IMG/VR virus record: IMGVR_UViG_3300020727_000009
Location: 62,001 to 93,044 of that record
DNA from: an uncultured virus (IMG/VR IMGVR_UViG_3300020727_000009)
Lineage: Duplodnaviria; Heunggongvirae; Uroviricota; Caudoviricetes
Strand: one strand, 5' to 3'
DNA length: 31,044 bases
In this document: positions 9,458 to 17,848 of the stretch, in pieces
Position numbering within the stretch: the first letter of the stretch is position 1
Layout: each line of letters opens with the position of its first letter
Position numbers and translations under genes: made by a program
The notes under the pieces: generated by a model
What the model was told of the DNA's origin: nothing
Databases searched by the model: none
What the model saw: the letters and a program-made list of their open reading frames with translations, nothing else

Positions 9458-10923
9458 ACATAGTCTTCATGGGCGGAGAAGTACCCAGTCATAGAACTCT
9501 CCTTACTTCTGTAGGGGCTAAACACATAAGCATCAACTACTGGCGTCTAGTCAAGCGTGGCTTGCCAAAGACCAAAGACTATATTCTGGCTGATCGCTTC
9601 CCAGATGATGTAAAGATCTATCTGGACGGTGGCGGCCATAACGTCAACGACCTGAACATGACGGAGCGAGAGCTAGAGGACTATGCGGCTGATTACCAGG
9701 ACTTCCTGGCTATCAATGCCGATAGGATCACTATGGCTACCGAGTTGGATGCCAAAGCTCTTGGATCTACCTGGATCAACTACCAGAGGAAAACCTTTGG
9801 CGAGGAGTTCGGGCTAGACAAGTATGCTGTGGTATGGCACCAGGAAACGGGCCACAATGGCCTCTACGCCTTGGCATCCCAGTATCCCAACGTCGCACTG
9901 CTTGGAGAGTCCTTAGAGGACGACACCAGCCTGTCAGCACGTTCTAGGGCATTTCTGGCTCAGTTCCCAGATCTAGAATTTCACGGGGTTGCCTGTGCTA
10001 AACCAGATAATCTACGACAAGTCCCGTTGGCAACCGCCAGCACTCTCTCATGGCTTAGCCCAATGATGAGAGGTGAGACTATTGTCTGGGACGGCACTAG
10101 ACTTGTCCGGTATCAGAAGAAGCAGAAAGACCAAGCTCGTCCTCGCTACAAGGCGATCATCGAGAAGGCCGGACTCGACTTCGATAAGATTATGAATGAT
10201 GATAGTAACGAGGTAACCCGCCTCGCTATTTGGTCCTACCTGCAGTTGGAGAAGTCCTTGAATAGTAAGAAGTTATCTGATAACAGTGGTGCAATGGATG
10301 ATCCAGGTTTAGCGGAAACCAGGGGTGTGGAACCTGATAACAGGGGGGTTGAGGTGCGGAAAGAATTCACGCCTAGAGACCCAAATGAGACCATGACGCT
10401 GCCTGTTTTTGGCGTTTCAAACAAGACCATCATGGAAAAAGATGACCTAGGAAGGGATGTAATCAGTGATGTACCGGTCCTTAAAAGTACGACCTCATCG
10501 TTCAGGCAATGCAATACTTGCTTCGTTGCGGCGAATTGTCCGGCGTTCAAACCTAACAACAGTTGTGCGTTTAACCTCCCAGTCGAAGTAAAGACTAAAG
10601 AACAGCTGAAGGGTTTGCTCAACGCAGTTATCGAAATGCAGGGCGCTAGGGTTGCTTTTGCACGTTTTGCTGAAGAATTGAACGGTGGATACCCAGATCC
10701 TAACACCGGTCAGGAAATTGACCGCCTATTTAAATTGGTAAGCGAAGTCAAGAAGTTAGAGGAAAACAAGGAGTTCATCCAGATCACAGCTCAGCGGCAA
10801 TCCTCAGGTGGTATGCTTTCCGCTCTCTTCGGAGACCGGGCAAATACACTGCGGGAGATCCCCAACGGTGGGCTCAATGAGAGTGAAGTCAGCAAGATCA
10901 TAGATGACAATCTAAATAAGTAA
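9454..10923 (+). CDS. TGT/queuine tRNA-ribosyltransferase-like TIM-barrel domain fused to a Cys-rich and helical C-terminal region
   Basis: IYLDGGG (cf. DSG), ELD, VVWH, FHGV and S..SW motifs; CNTC-x4-CP-x7-C cluster. Confidence 0.5.
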   Translation: MNIVFMGGEVPSHRTLLTSVGAKHISINYWRLVKRGLPKTKDYILADRFPDDVKIYLDGGGHNVNDLNMTERELEDYAADYQDFLAINADRITMATELDAKALGSTWINYQRKTFGEEFGLDKYAVVWHQETGHNGLYALASQYPNVALLGESLEDDTSLSARSRAFLAQFPDLEFHGVACAKPDNLRQVPLATASTLSWLSPMMRGETIVWDGTRLVRYQKKQKDQARPRYKAIIEKAGLDFDKIMNDDSNEVTRLAIWSYLQLEKSLNSKKLSDNSGAMDDPGLAETRGVEPDNRGVEVRKEFTPRDPNETMTLPVFGVSNKTIMEKDDLGRDVISDVPVLKSTTSSFRQCNTCFVAANCPAFKPNNSCAFNLPVEVKTKEQLKGLLNAVIEMQGARVAFARFAEELNGGYPDPNTGQEIDRLFKLVSEVKKLEENKEFIQITAQRQSSGGMLSALFGDRANTLREIPNGGLNESEVSKIIDDNLNK

Positions 10924-10963
10924 TACCTGATAACAAGCCAAAAACTATAGAAATGGGTGATGT

Positions 10964-12994
10964 GTGTTTTCGTTTAAACTCGCAGAAGATTTTGTAACTC
11001 CGTACCGGTCAAAGAAGGTCCCGTGGGGTTATCAGGATGCTGCTGGCAACTCTCTTGGGGAAATTACTTTCTTGCGTACCTACTCTCGTCTTAAAGAGGA
11101 CGGTACCAAAGAGACTTGGACAGATGTATGTGAGCGTGTCATCAACGGCATGTACTCTCTCCAAAAAGACCATGCCAAGCAGAACCGCCTGCCTTGGTCT
11201 GATATCAAGGCTGCTACTTCAGCCAAAGAAGCTTTCGACCGACTATTTAACCTGAAGTGGACCCCACCTGGCCGAGGCCTATGGATGATGGGAACTCCTC
11301 AGGTTAATGAACAGAAAAACTCTGCAGCGTTGCAGAACTGCAGCTTTGTATCTACAAATGCTATGACTAAGAACGATCCGGCTAAGCCTTTCTCTTTCTT
11401 GATGGAGGCATCAATGCTGGGCGTAGGCGTAGGATTCGATGACAAGGGTGCAGACAAGGACTTCACTATCTATGCACCTACAGAAGGAGACACCTATGTC
11501 ATCCCCGACACCAGAGAAGGCTGGTACGAATCTACGGCTGCCCTCATCAATAGCCACCTTAAGCCAGATACGAAGAAGCCTATATTTGACTACTCGGCAA
11601 TCCGACCATACGGAACTCCAATCAAGACCTTCGGAGGTACTGCGGCTGGACCCGATCCGCTCATCAAACTCCACGACCAACTAGCTAAGATCTTTGATAA
11701 CAGAGCTGGCCAAAAGCTGACTCGCCGTGACATCGCAGACATCGGTAACCTAATCGGCGTGTGTGTAGTCTCCGGTAACGTCCGCCGCTCAGCTGAGCTC
11801 CTAATTGGCCGTTTGGATGACGAAGAGTTTATTAATCTTAAGAACGCCGAGATGTTCCCAGAGCGTAACTCCTATGATCCCGCCAATCCTGGTTGGGGTT
11901 GGATGTCCAACAACTCCGTTGAGGTAGAGGTTGGCCAAGACCTATCAAAGATCATTGAAGGTATTGCCCGCAATGGTGAGCCTGGCGTGATCTGGATGGA
12001 CACCACCCGTAAGTACGGGCGTCTAGCTGATCCGATCAACAACAAGGACTGGAGAGCGGCCGGGTACAACCCATGTGCTGAACAATCATTGGAATCAATG
12101 GAGTGCTGTACATTGGTAGAGACCTACATTGGGCGCCACGACAGCCTGGAAGATTTTAAGCGCACGCTCAAGTTCGCCTATCTCTATGCCAAGACTGTAA
12201 CTCTCATCCCTACCCACTGGGAAGAGACAAACGCCATCATGCAGCGCAACCGCCGCATCGGTACTTCAATCTCCGGTATCGCAAACTTTGCAGATACGAA
12301 GGGTCTTCCCTTGCTTCGTACCTGGATGGACGACGGCTATGCAGTCATCCAAGGCTATGATAAGAGTTACTCCGAATGGCTTGGTATCCGTGAGTCAATC
12401 AAGATGACCACAGTAAAGCCATCCGGCACAGTCTCAATCCTAGCGGGAGAATCCCCAGGAGTTCACTGGACTCCAGGCGGTAAGTTCTTTATGCGCACAA
12501 TTAGGTTCTCTAATAGCGACCCTATGCTCCCATTGTTCAAGATGGCTAACTACAAGGTTGAGCCATCAGCTTCAGATCCGGACGGAACATCTGTTGTATA
12601 CTTCCCAGTGAAGTCAGATGCTATGCGTTCTGAGAAGGAAGTCTCTATCTATGAGAAGATGGCAATCGCTGCCACTGCTCAGAGGTACTGGTCAGATAAC
12701 TCTGTTTCTGTTACCGTATCGTTTGACCCAAAGACCGAGTCTGATGCAATCGGAACCGTATTGCATATGTATGATGGTCAACTAAAGACCGTATCGTTCC
12801 TTGCAATGGATGATACGCTATATCCTCAGATGCCTTACACCCAGAGTAATGCTGAAGAGTACGAAGAAGCCCGCATGACCCACTTCCCAATTGATTTGAG
12901 CGGTGTGTATGCAGGCATGGCATTTGATGCAATCGGTGAGGCCTATTGCACTACAGATGCGTGTGAAGTAAAACTAATCAAAGATAACGCCTAA
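10964..12994 (+). CDS. nrdJ: class II (adenosylcobalamin-dependent, monomeric RTPR-type) ribonucleotide reductase
   Basis: RTYSR, PPGRGLW, NC, GNVRRSA, NPCAE (thiyl Cys), TTVKPSGTVS, DNSVS and C-terminal CxxxxC. Confidence 0.95.
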   Translation: MFSFKLAEDFVTPYRSKKVPWGYQDAAGNSLGEITFLRTYSRLKEDGTKETWTDVCERVINGMYSLQKDHAKQNRLPWSDIKAATSAKEAFDRLFNLKWTPPGRGLWMMGTPQVNEQKNSAALQNCSFVSTNAMTKNDPAKPFSFLMEASMLGVGVGFDDKGADKDFTIYAPTEGDTYVIPDTREGWYESTAALINSHLKPDTKKPIFDYSAIRPYGTPIKTFGGTAAGPDPLIKLHDQLAKIFDNRAGQKLTRRDIADIGNLIGVCVVSGNVRRSAELLIGRLDDEEFINLKNAEMFPERNSYDPANPGWGWMSNNSVEVEVGQDLSKIIEGIARNGEPGVIWMDTTRKYGRLADPINNKDWRAAGYNPCAEQSLESMECCTLVETYIGRHDSLEDFKRTLKFAYLYAKTVTLIPTHWEETNAIMQRNRRIGTSISGIANFADTKGLPLLRTWMDDGYAVIQGYDKSYSEWLGIRESIKMTTVKPSGTVSILAGESPGVHWTPGGKFFMRTIRFSNSDPMLPLFKMANYKVEPSASDPDGTSVVYFPVKSDAMRSEKEVSIYEKMAIAATAQRYWSDNSVSVTVSFDPKTESDAIGTVLHMYDGQLKTVSFLAMDDTLYPQMPYTQSNAEEYEEARMTHFPIDLSGVYAGMAFDAIGEAYCTTDACEVKLIKDNA

Positions 12995-13002
12995 GGAGAA
13001 AC

Positions 13003-13137
13003 ATGTCAGACGAGATTAACCCAGACCTATACGACGAAGACTTCGAAGATGACTTCGAAGATGGTTTTGATGACTTCGACTTCGATGAGGATGACCTTGA
13101 CGAGTTAGAAAACGACATTACTGACCCTATCGAGTAG
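13003..13137 (+). CDS. highly acidic 44-aa protein (not in ORF track)
   Basis: AAGGAG RBS; MSDEINPDLYDEDFEDDFEDGFDDFDFDEDDLDELENDITDPIE. Confidence 0.7.
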   Translation: MSDEINPDLYDEDFEDDFEDGFDDFDFDEDDLDELENDITDPIE

Positions 13138-13161
13138 GCCAAAAAAGGCCAACACAAACAT

Positions 13162-13197
13162 AAAGCCCCCGACTCAATTAAGAGCCGGGGGCTTTTT
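13162..13197. terminator. terminator at the convergent junction (probably bidirectional)
   Basis: AAAGCCCCCG...CGGGGGCTTTTT between convergent gene blocks. Confidence 0.8.
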
Positions 13198-13206
13198 GGT
13201 TATCTA

Positions 13207-13416
13207 TTAGTCAGCTATGTGCTTACCTGAGTTATCGGTTAGCTCATAGTATGTGCTGTCTGATACCTCTGTATCCTCATAGCCATCAATTTGATCGGGG
13301 TATGTCGTACCCTCGACTAGGCCGGTATATATTTCTATTGCGTGGTCCTTATCTTCAGCATCAAAGATAAATGTACCTTGGCGGGTTGTATCAAACTGTA
13401 CACGGAACTTAGGCAC
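13207..13416 (-). CDS. small acidic hypothetical protein (DpnD/PcfM-like pattern)
   Basis: AAGGAG RBS, GTG start; K(F/Y)RV......F.AE...A pattern. Confidence 0.6.
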   Translation of the reverse strand: MPKFRVQFDTTRQGTFIFDAEDKDHAIEIYTGLVEGTTYPDQIDGYEDTEVSDSTYYELTDNSGKHIAD

Positions 13417-13543
13417 TTGTTTCTCCTTTGTATTGGCACTCGCATTGTTCTACATCAAAGTCGTCATCTGATTCCCAGTAAACGACCCCCGTACCATGAC
13501 ACATATTGCAGGTACGGGGTAGTACAGTCTCCATGTCCATCAT
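13409..13543 (-). CDS. small zinc-finger protein (44 aa, not in ORF track)
   Basis: ATGA overlap; CNMCHGTGVVYWESDDDFDVEQCEC. Confidence 0.6.
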   Translation of the reverse strand: MMDMETVLPRTCNMCHGTGVVYWESDDDFDVEQCECQYKGETSA

Positions 13544-13815
13544 GCATCAGCCTTCCATGTTAGCTCACCTGATAGATGGGTTGGCTTACCTAGGTCATTT
13601 GTGGCCCCAACTACCATCTTGATTGACTTGCGTGGTGTGTTCTCAATAATCCACTGCTTCAAGAAACGCTTTGCAGCAGATGGGTTGGCCCATGCAGAAT
13701 GTGTAGGCCTATCAGATAGATGACTCTCAGTGATGGTGAGAAGCCATGCCCCACCCTTCTCTACTGACAAGTTCTTGGTTAGTGTTGCCTTTAGTGTTTT
13801 AGTTACCTTGGCCAT
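13540..13815 (-). CDS. hypothetical basic protein
   Basis: AAGGAGG RBS; 91 aa. Confidence 0.7.
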   Translation of the reverse strand: MAKVTKTLKATLTKNLSVEKGGAWLLTITESHLSDRPTHSAWANPSAAKRFLKQWIIENTPRKSIKMVVGATNDLGKPTHLSGELTWKADA

Positions 13816-13825
13816 GAGGCCCTCC

Positions 13826-14062
13826 TTATAGTTTTATTTGTTGATTGAATCCGACCATCTTCAGGTCCCTTAGTATGTTCTTACCAGCTCTGGGGTCGCC
13901 CAGAGATTGCGGTCCAAAGAAGACTACTTTCTTAGTCCCTGGATTGACTACCTTTACATGGTGTTTGCCGTTGGTCATGCTGACCTCTAATCCGGCTGTC
14001 TCTAAGGCGTCTACCAGTTTCTTTATCTCCTTGGTTTTGATTGTAAACTGTGCAAATTGCAT
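13826..14062 (-). CDS. HicA-like (dsRBD-fold) protein
   Basis: KKLV.ALE..G.EV....G.HH.K...P.....V......D.RA.KNI..DL...GF pattern; ATG 14062 after GGGAGG preferred over 14125. Confidence 0.65.
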   Translation of the reverse strand: MQFAQFTIKTKEIKKLVDALETAGLEVSMTNGKHHVKVVNPGTKKVVFFGPQSLGDPRAGKNILRDLKMVGFNQQIKL

Positions 14063-14069
14063 TACATGC

Positions 14070-14297
14070 TCACCCTCCCTTTTTATTAGTAATGATTTGT
14101 ATGCTTTCGATATATCCCTGCTCACCTGGCCTATTTAGATCCGACTCGTTAGCGATCTTCCACTCCTCTAGGTTTCTATCCCAGAATCTTAGAGACCACT
14201 CTTGATTGTTACGGTCATGCTGGTCGTCTACACGCCATTTCTTTAGTTTAACCCTAAAGGTAAGGCGCAGGTCATATAGGTCACTGTCATCGCTCAT
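14070..14297 (-). CDS. hypothetical protein
   Basis: downstream of the 14317-14345 promoter; AAGGGA RBS. Confidence 0.6.
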   Translation of the reverse strand: MSDDSDLYDLRLTFRVKLKKWRVDDQHDRNNQEWSLRFWDRNLEEWKIANESDLNRPGEQGYIESIQIITNKKGG

Positions 14298-14316
14298 TTA
14301 CTTCCCTTCTGTATAT

Positions 14317-14345
14317 AGTATAACTGGGTTGTTTGTGTTGGTCAA
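14317..14345 (-). promoter_or_regulatory. sigmaA-like promoter containing a copy of the 12-bp motif
   Basis: minus strand TTGACC (14345-14340), 17 bp spacer, TATACT (14322-14317); motif at 14341-14330 overlaps the -35 and spacer. Confidence 0.7.
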
Positions 14346-14518
14346 ACTTCCTCGATGTCACCGGTCTCGATCCAACCGGCCATCTCATCCACAACCCATC
14401 CGTTGAAGCCTTCGCTGATGTGCTCCTCGGCTATGTCTCTGGCATCACTTTGGCTGTCTGCTTCCACCCAAAGATCACTGATAATGTGCTCATGGATAGT
14501 TACTCTGTATTTAGTCAC
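14342..14518 (-). CDS. small acidic protein (DpnD/PcfM-like pattern)
   Basis: GTG 14518 after GGGAG, overlapping the upstream stop; KYRVTIHE....WVEADS..DA. Confidence 0.6.
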   Translation of the reverse strand: MTKYRVTIHEHIISDLWVEADSQSDARDIAEEHISEGFNGWVVDEMAGWIETGDIEEV

Positions 14519-14651
14519 GTAGCTCCCAATCTTCATAGGTTGATTTAACTGCGTCATCTAGGTCAGCTATGAGCATTTCAATCTCATCCCCTGTCCAGTC
14601 TTCTACCATATCTGCTGTTATTGCTGCTTGCCATATGATTTTGTCTGACAT
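14511..14651 (-). CDS. small acidic protein (46 aa, not in ORF track)
   Basis: TAATG overlap; MSDKIIWQAAITADMVEDW... Confidence 0.6.
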   Translation of the reverse strand: MSDKIIWQAAITADMVEDWTGDEIEMLIADLDDAVKSTYEDWELRD

Positions 14652-15106
14652 TAGTTGTCTTCCTCTCTGATTGGTTCTTCATTGCATTCCGCCATTACTT
14701 TGGCGTCCAGATCTTGACGCATTTGGGCAAACATTTCTGGTGCCCAACCTGCATCAAAAATCCTGGTGATTAGCTTAGCCAATGGGTAGTTATTATTAAC
14801 CGCATTGACATAGTCAATCATTAACAGAGCCTTGTCTGAATTGCCACGCTCATACTCAAACACGGCATTGATTGTGATGAACGGCACACTATCCAATGCT
14901 GTGGTGTGCACGGCCATATAACGTACAAAGTCAATAGACTCTTCAAGGGTAAACCTATTAGGCATACCCAAGACCCAGTCCCTGACTGCGAGGTCATTGT
15001 TAACTGCGTAAATGACCTTCTCAAGCCTGTCATCTTGCAGAGGGATAACATTGTTGATGCTCTCCTCAATCAAGGTGATTGCTTCTTTGCGGGTTGTAGT
15101 TATCAT
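14651..15106 (-). CDS. DUF4192-like helical protein
   Basis: L.VRD..LG; YE.G....A; Y.LA.L......G..PE pattern. Confidence 0.6.
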   Translation of the reverse strand: MITTTRKEAITLIEESINNVIPLQDDRLEKVIYAVNNDLAVRDWVLGMPNRFTLEESIDFVRYMAVHTTALDSVPFITINAVFEYERGNSDKALLMIDYVNAVNNNYPLAKLITRIFDAGWAPEMFAQMRQDLDAKVMAECNEEPIREEDN

Positions 15107-15555
15107 TCTTTCTCCTTTTTAGTTGTTCGGAACGTACCTTCCGGGGTTGGCCATTGGTATGGCATGTCGTCAGCTACATCAAAGTCGTAATGCTCTGGAA
15201 GCTTACGCTTGAGGTTAGACTGATGACTCTCATGAAAAGTGCTGGCCCCAAGCCACCAAGGCTTCTTGATTGGCTTTAGGTTGTACTGCTTCATGAGTTC
15301 GATCACTTGCTGCTTGGTATTGTCTACATAGCCACGCTTAGTCCACTCATTACAGATTGTTATGGTGTATTTGGCTAGTAGACCTTCATGCCCCCGCCAC
15401 ATTACAGCGGCCGGATGATTGCGCCATCCCACAGTTAGACCCAGGTTAGCCCTCAGAATCTGCAACGCCTCTACACGTTGCTTGCCGAGTCTCCTATCGT
15501 CTAGAGATTGCGCCACTTGCTTGAAGTCTGCATATGGCAGGAATGTATTTACCAT
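15103..15555 (-). CDS. pyrimidine-dimer DNA glycosylase-like protein (T4 endonuclease V fold, MSMEG_6728-like)
   Basis: NTFLPY, LD.RRLGKQRVEA.QIL, W.NHPA..MWRG, EW..RG and PWWLG...HESH.SNL.RK motifs; start at ATG 15555. Confidence 0.85.
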   Translation of the reverse strand: MVNTFLPYADFKQVAQSLDDRRLGKQRVEALQILRANLGLTVGWRNHPAAVMWRGHEGLLAKYTITICNEWTKRGYVDNTKQQVIELMKQYNLKPIKKPWWLGASTFHESHQSNLKRKLPEHYDFDVADDMPYQWPTPEGTFRTTKKEKE

Positions 15556-15668
15556 CGTTCTCCCGTGTCTTCTCCGAAGTAACAGTCCCAGCACGTTGCT
15601 GTCTGACTGTGAACTACGTACGAGTCGTCTTGGCCCAATACGTTCTTACATAGGTTGCATTTGATCAT
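15549..15668 (-). CDS. small C4 zinc-finger protein (39 aa, not in ORF track)
   Basis: GGAGG RBS, TAATG overlap; CNLC...CWDC. Confidence 0.6.
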   Translation of the reverse strand: MIKCNLCKNVLGQDDSYVVHSQTATCWDCYFGEDTGERW

Positions 15669-15820
15669 TAGTCCTCCAACAGCATAGGGATAAGATCTTC
15701 AGCCCCATGCTTGACTAGTAGGTTGCGTACGATGGCTTTGTTTGTGTTGAGCAGGTCAAGTTCTCTCTGCCTCAACATCTCACTGAGCCATGCTGCCGGA
15801 TCTTCTTGACGAGTGGTCAT
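15668..15820 (-). CDS. small hypothetical protein (50 aa, not in ORF track)
   Basis: ATGA overlap; MTTRQEDPAAWLSEMLRQRELDLLNTNK... Confidence 0.6.
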   Translation of the reverse strand: MTTRQEDPAAWLSEMLRQRELDLLNTNKAIVRNLLVKHGAEDLIPMLLED

Positions 15821-16008
15821 GCTAATGATGCCAACATGATGCCATTATCTTGAGCCCACTCGTGTGCTGGAGTGATAGCTTCGATAGACAGGTTAGCCCC
15901 ACCATCTGCTACCTCGTCTGAGATATGAAGCAGAAACATCTGTGCTGATTCATAGTCATTGAATACCTCGATTAAGGTTTCCGTCAAACTGTCATATATT
16001 GTGTACAT
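15817..16008 (-). CDS. small acidic hypothetical protein
   Basis: TAATG overlap with the VWA gene. Confidence 0.65.
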   Translation of the reverse strand: MYTIYDSLTETLIEVFNDYESAQMFLLHISDEVADGGANLSIEAITPAHEWAQDNGIMLASLA

Positions 16009-17837
16009 TATCTTCCTCTCTTTCTGATTGCTCCGGTGACTACTGATTTAGCAAATGGCAGAAGATCACGGGCCGTAGTGATACGGGCAAAGATCTCCAC
16101 ACCATGTTTAAATGTAGCCTCAGTATAGTTATACCGTTCTCGGTAGAACTCCATGTCTTTGTCACCCATGATTAAGGACATAGCAGTAAGAATGCCACGC
16201 TTACTCATACGTTCGATAACCTCGTCACTTTTAGTGCCAAAGGCGCCGTCAGTGACAATGAACAACATCTTGTTCTTCTTACGAGATGATAGAAGAACTT
16301 GCTCTGCAGCAAGCAAGGCACTATAAGGCTCTGTGCCACCACTGCCGTAGATGAACTTGTAATATGTTTTGTTGGCTAGTTCTGTTCGATTGTAAGCCAA
16401 CTCCGTCTCGTCATCAAACGAGTACACGGTCACCGGAGCGCCGATGCCTTCTAGTGCACGCTTGATAGTCCAAGACGCAATGGATGCGTCACGGTCATTG
16501 CCACCGGACATAGAGCCTGAACGATCCACGAGGATCACAGCCTCCACATCAGTGCCATCCGTGCCTTCATCCCAGCGGTCAAAGGCTTCATCAATCTCAC
16601 ATCCACGAATAACACGCTGGACATTGAGCTTGCCACTAGCCTCTTCCTTGTGCCAAGCAGGCTCGCATTCATCACGTAAGCGTTCTAGTTCACGTGCGAA
16701 CTTACGATAGGTAACCATTGCGTCTGATGGAACAGGCGCTGTGTCATAACGACCACGCTTGATGGTATCGGTATGCTTACCGTCACCACCTACGATTACC
16801 TTTTGCTTGGTTTTTAGATCTTGAAGCACTTCCTTGCTAGACATAACGGTGTCAATAACATCCGTTAGCATGTCGTGCACACTATCTGGTATACCACCTA
16901 GGCTTTCATGATGGCCTGTACCAGGAGTGATTGATGGGGGCGATGCTTCACCATTTTTTGGCTTAGCATTTGCCATATCAAGTGCTTCTTGCTGTGTTGT
17001 TGGTGCAGGTGCTGTGGGTTTGTTTGTGTTGGGCGTAGTTGATTCCGCCTTACCCATACCCTTGGCACGTTCAGCGTCTTTCTCCTGGGCTTTGCCAGGT
17101 TCAGGACGACCTTTACCTACGGCATCACGATCAGTACAGCCGGTCATACCCTTAGGAAGATTCTGTGGGTTAGGCAACTGGCCGATTACCTCATCGTTCC
17201 AACGTTGGATGAGTTCGATTGCTTTGTCGTAATCACGGGGGAATACAAGCAACCTATACTGGTCTACGATGTCAGCAATTACAGGGATGAGCTTAGGCTC
17301 ATAGAACAAGTCCCTGAATGCTTCACGTATCTGAATAGGTAGATACCTGCGACCACGTAGGAGCATATAAGCACCTTCCGCTTCCTCAGGGGTACTACCT
17401 AGATAACGAGCGCACGTTGCAGTTAAGAACGGCGCTACTGATGGATAGCGGGCTACAAGCAACGTCTCGATACGCTGGTCCTCCAGCATATTGGCCGCTC
17501 GCATTAGTCCACGATTGATAACTTCCTTCATGAATACTGTTCCCTTGCGGGGAGTATACAGATGGTGAGCTAGCTCGTGGAAGTTCAGGCCATTGACCTG
17601 AGATAACGCTTCAAGATCAATGTCTTCGATCTCACTAGCGTTGATGTAGATAGCCTGGCCATCAGACCAAGCAGGCGCAGGACCATCAGGCACCACGTGG
17701 ACTAGAACCGGATCACCGGTAATAACCCTGTCAGCTTGTTCGTAGACACGGCATAGAGCGTTTAGTCTGATAGAGCGTAATTGAGATTCCTCATCACGCT
17801 GTTCCATATAACGCTCATTTAGATTGTCGTCAAACAT
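16008..17837 (-). CDS. VWA-domain protein with N-terminal HExxH metallopeptidase-like domain (CobT/NorD-like partner)
   Basis: FHELAH, N.LED.RIE, Pro-rich linker, G.L motif, MIDAS DRSGSM, GGT and VTDG. Confidence 0.9.
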   Translation of the reverse strand: MFDDNLNERYMEQRDEESQLRSIRLNALCRVYEQADRVITGDPVLVHVVPDGPAPAWSDGQAIYINASEIEDIDLEALSQVNGLNFHELAHHLYTPRKGTVFMKEVINRGLMRAANMLEDQRIETLLVARYPSVAPFLTATCARYLGSTPEEAEGAYMLLRGRRYLPIQIREAFRDLFYEPKLIPVIADIVDQYRLLVFPRDYDKAIELIQRWNDEVIGQLPNPQNLPKGMTGCTDRDAVGKGRPEPGKAQEKDAERAKGMGKAESTTPNTNKPTAPAPTTQQEALDMANAKPKNGEASPPSITPGTGHHESLGGIPDSVHDMLTDVIDTVMSSKEVLQDLKTKQKVIVGGDGKHTDTIKRGRYDTAPVPSDAMVTYRKFARELERLRDECEPAWHKEEASGKLNVQRVIRGCEIDEAFDRWDEGTDGTDVEAVILVDRSGSMSGGNDRDASIASWTIKRALEGIGAPVTVYSFDDETELAYNRTELANKTYYKFIYGSGGTEPYSALLAAEQVLLSSRKKNKMLFIVTDGAFGTKSDEVIERMSKRGILTAMSLIMGDKDMEFYRERYNYTEATFKHGVEIFARITTARDLLPFAKSVVTGAIRKRGR

Positions 17838-17848
17838 TTACCACCTCC

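Noticed and set aside
10964..12994. Intein or intron in nrdJ
   Set aside because: The ORF is continuous, of normal length for a monomeric class II RNR, and has no splicing motifs.
13486..13520. CCCCGTACC/GGTACGGGG hairpin as a terminator
   Set aside because: It lies inside the 13409-13543 zinc-finger ORF and has no U tail; its function is unsupported.
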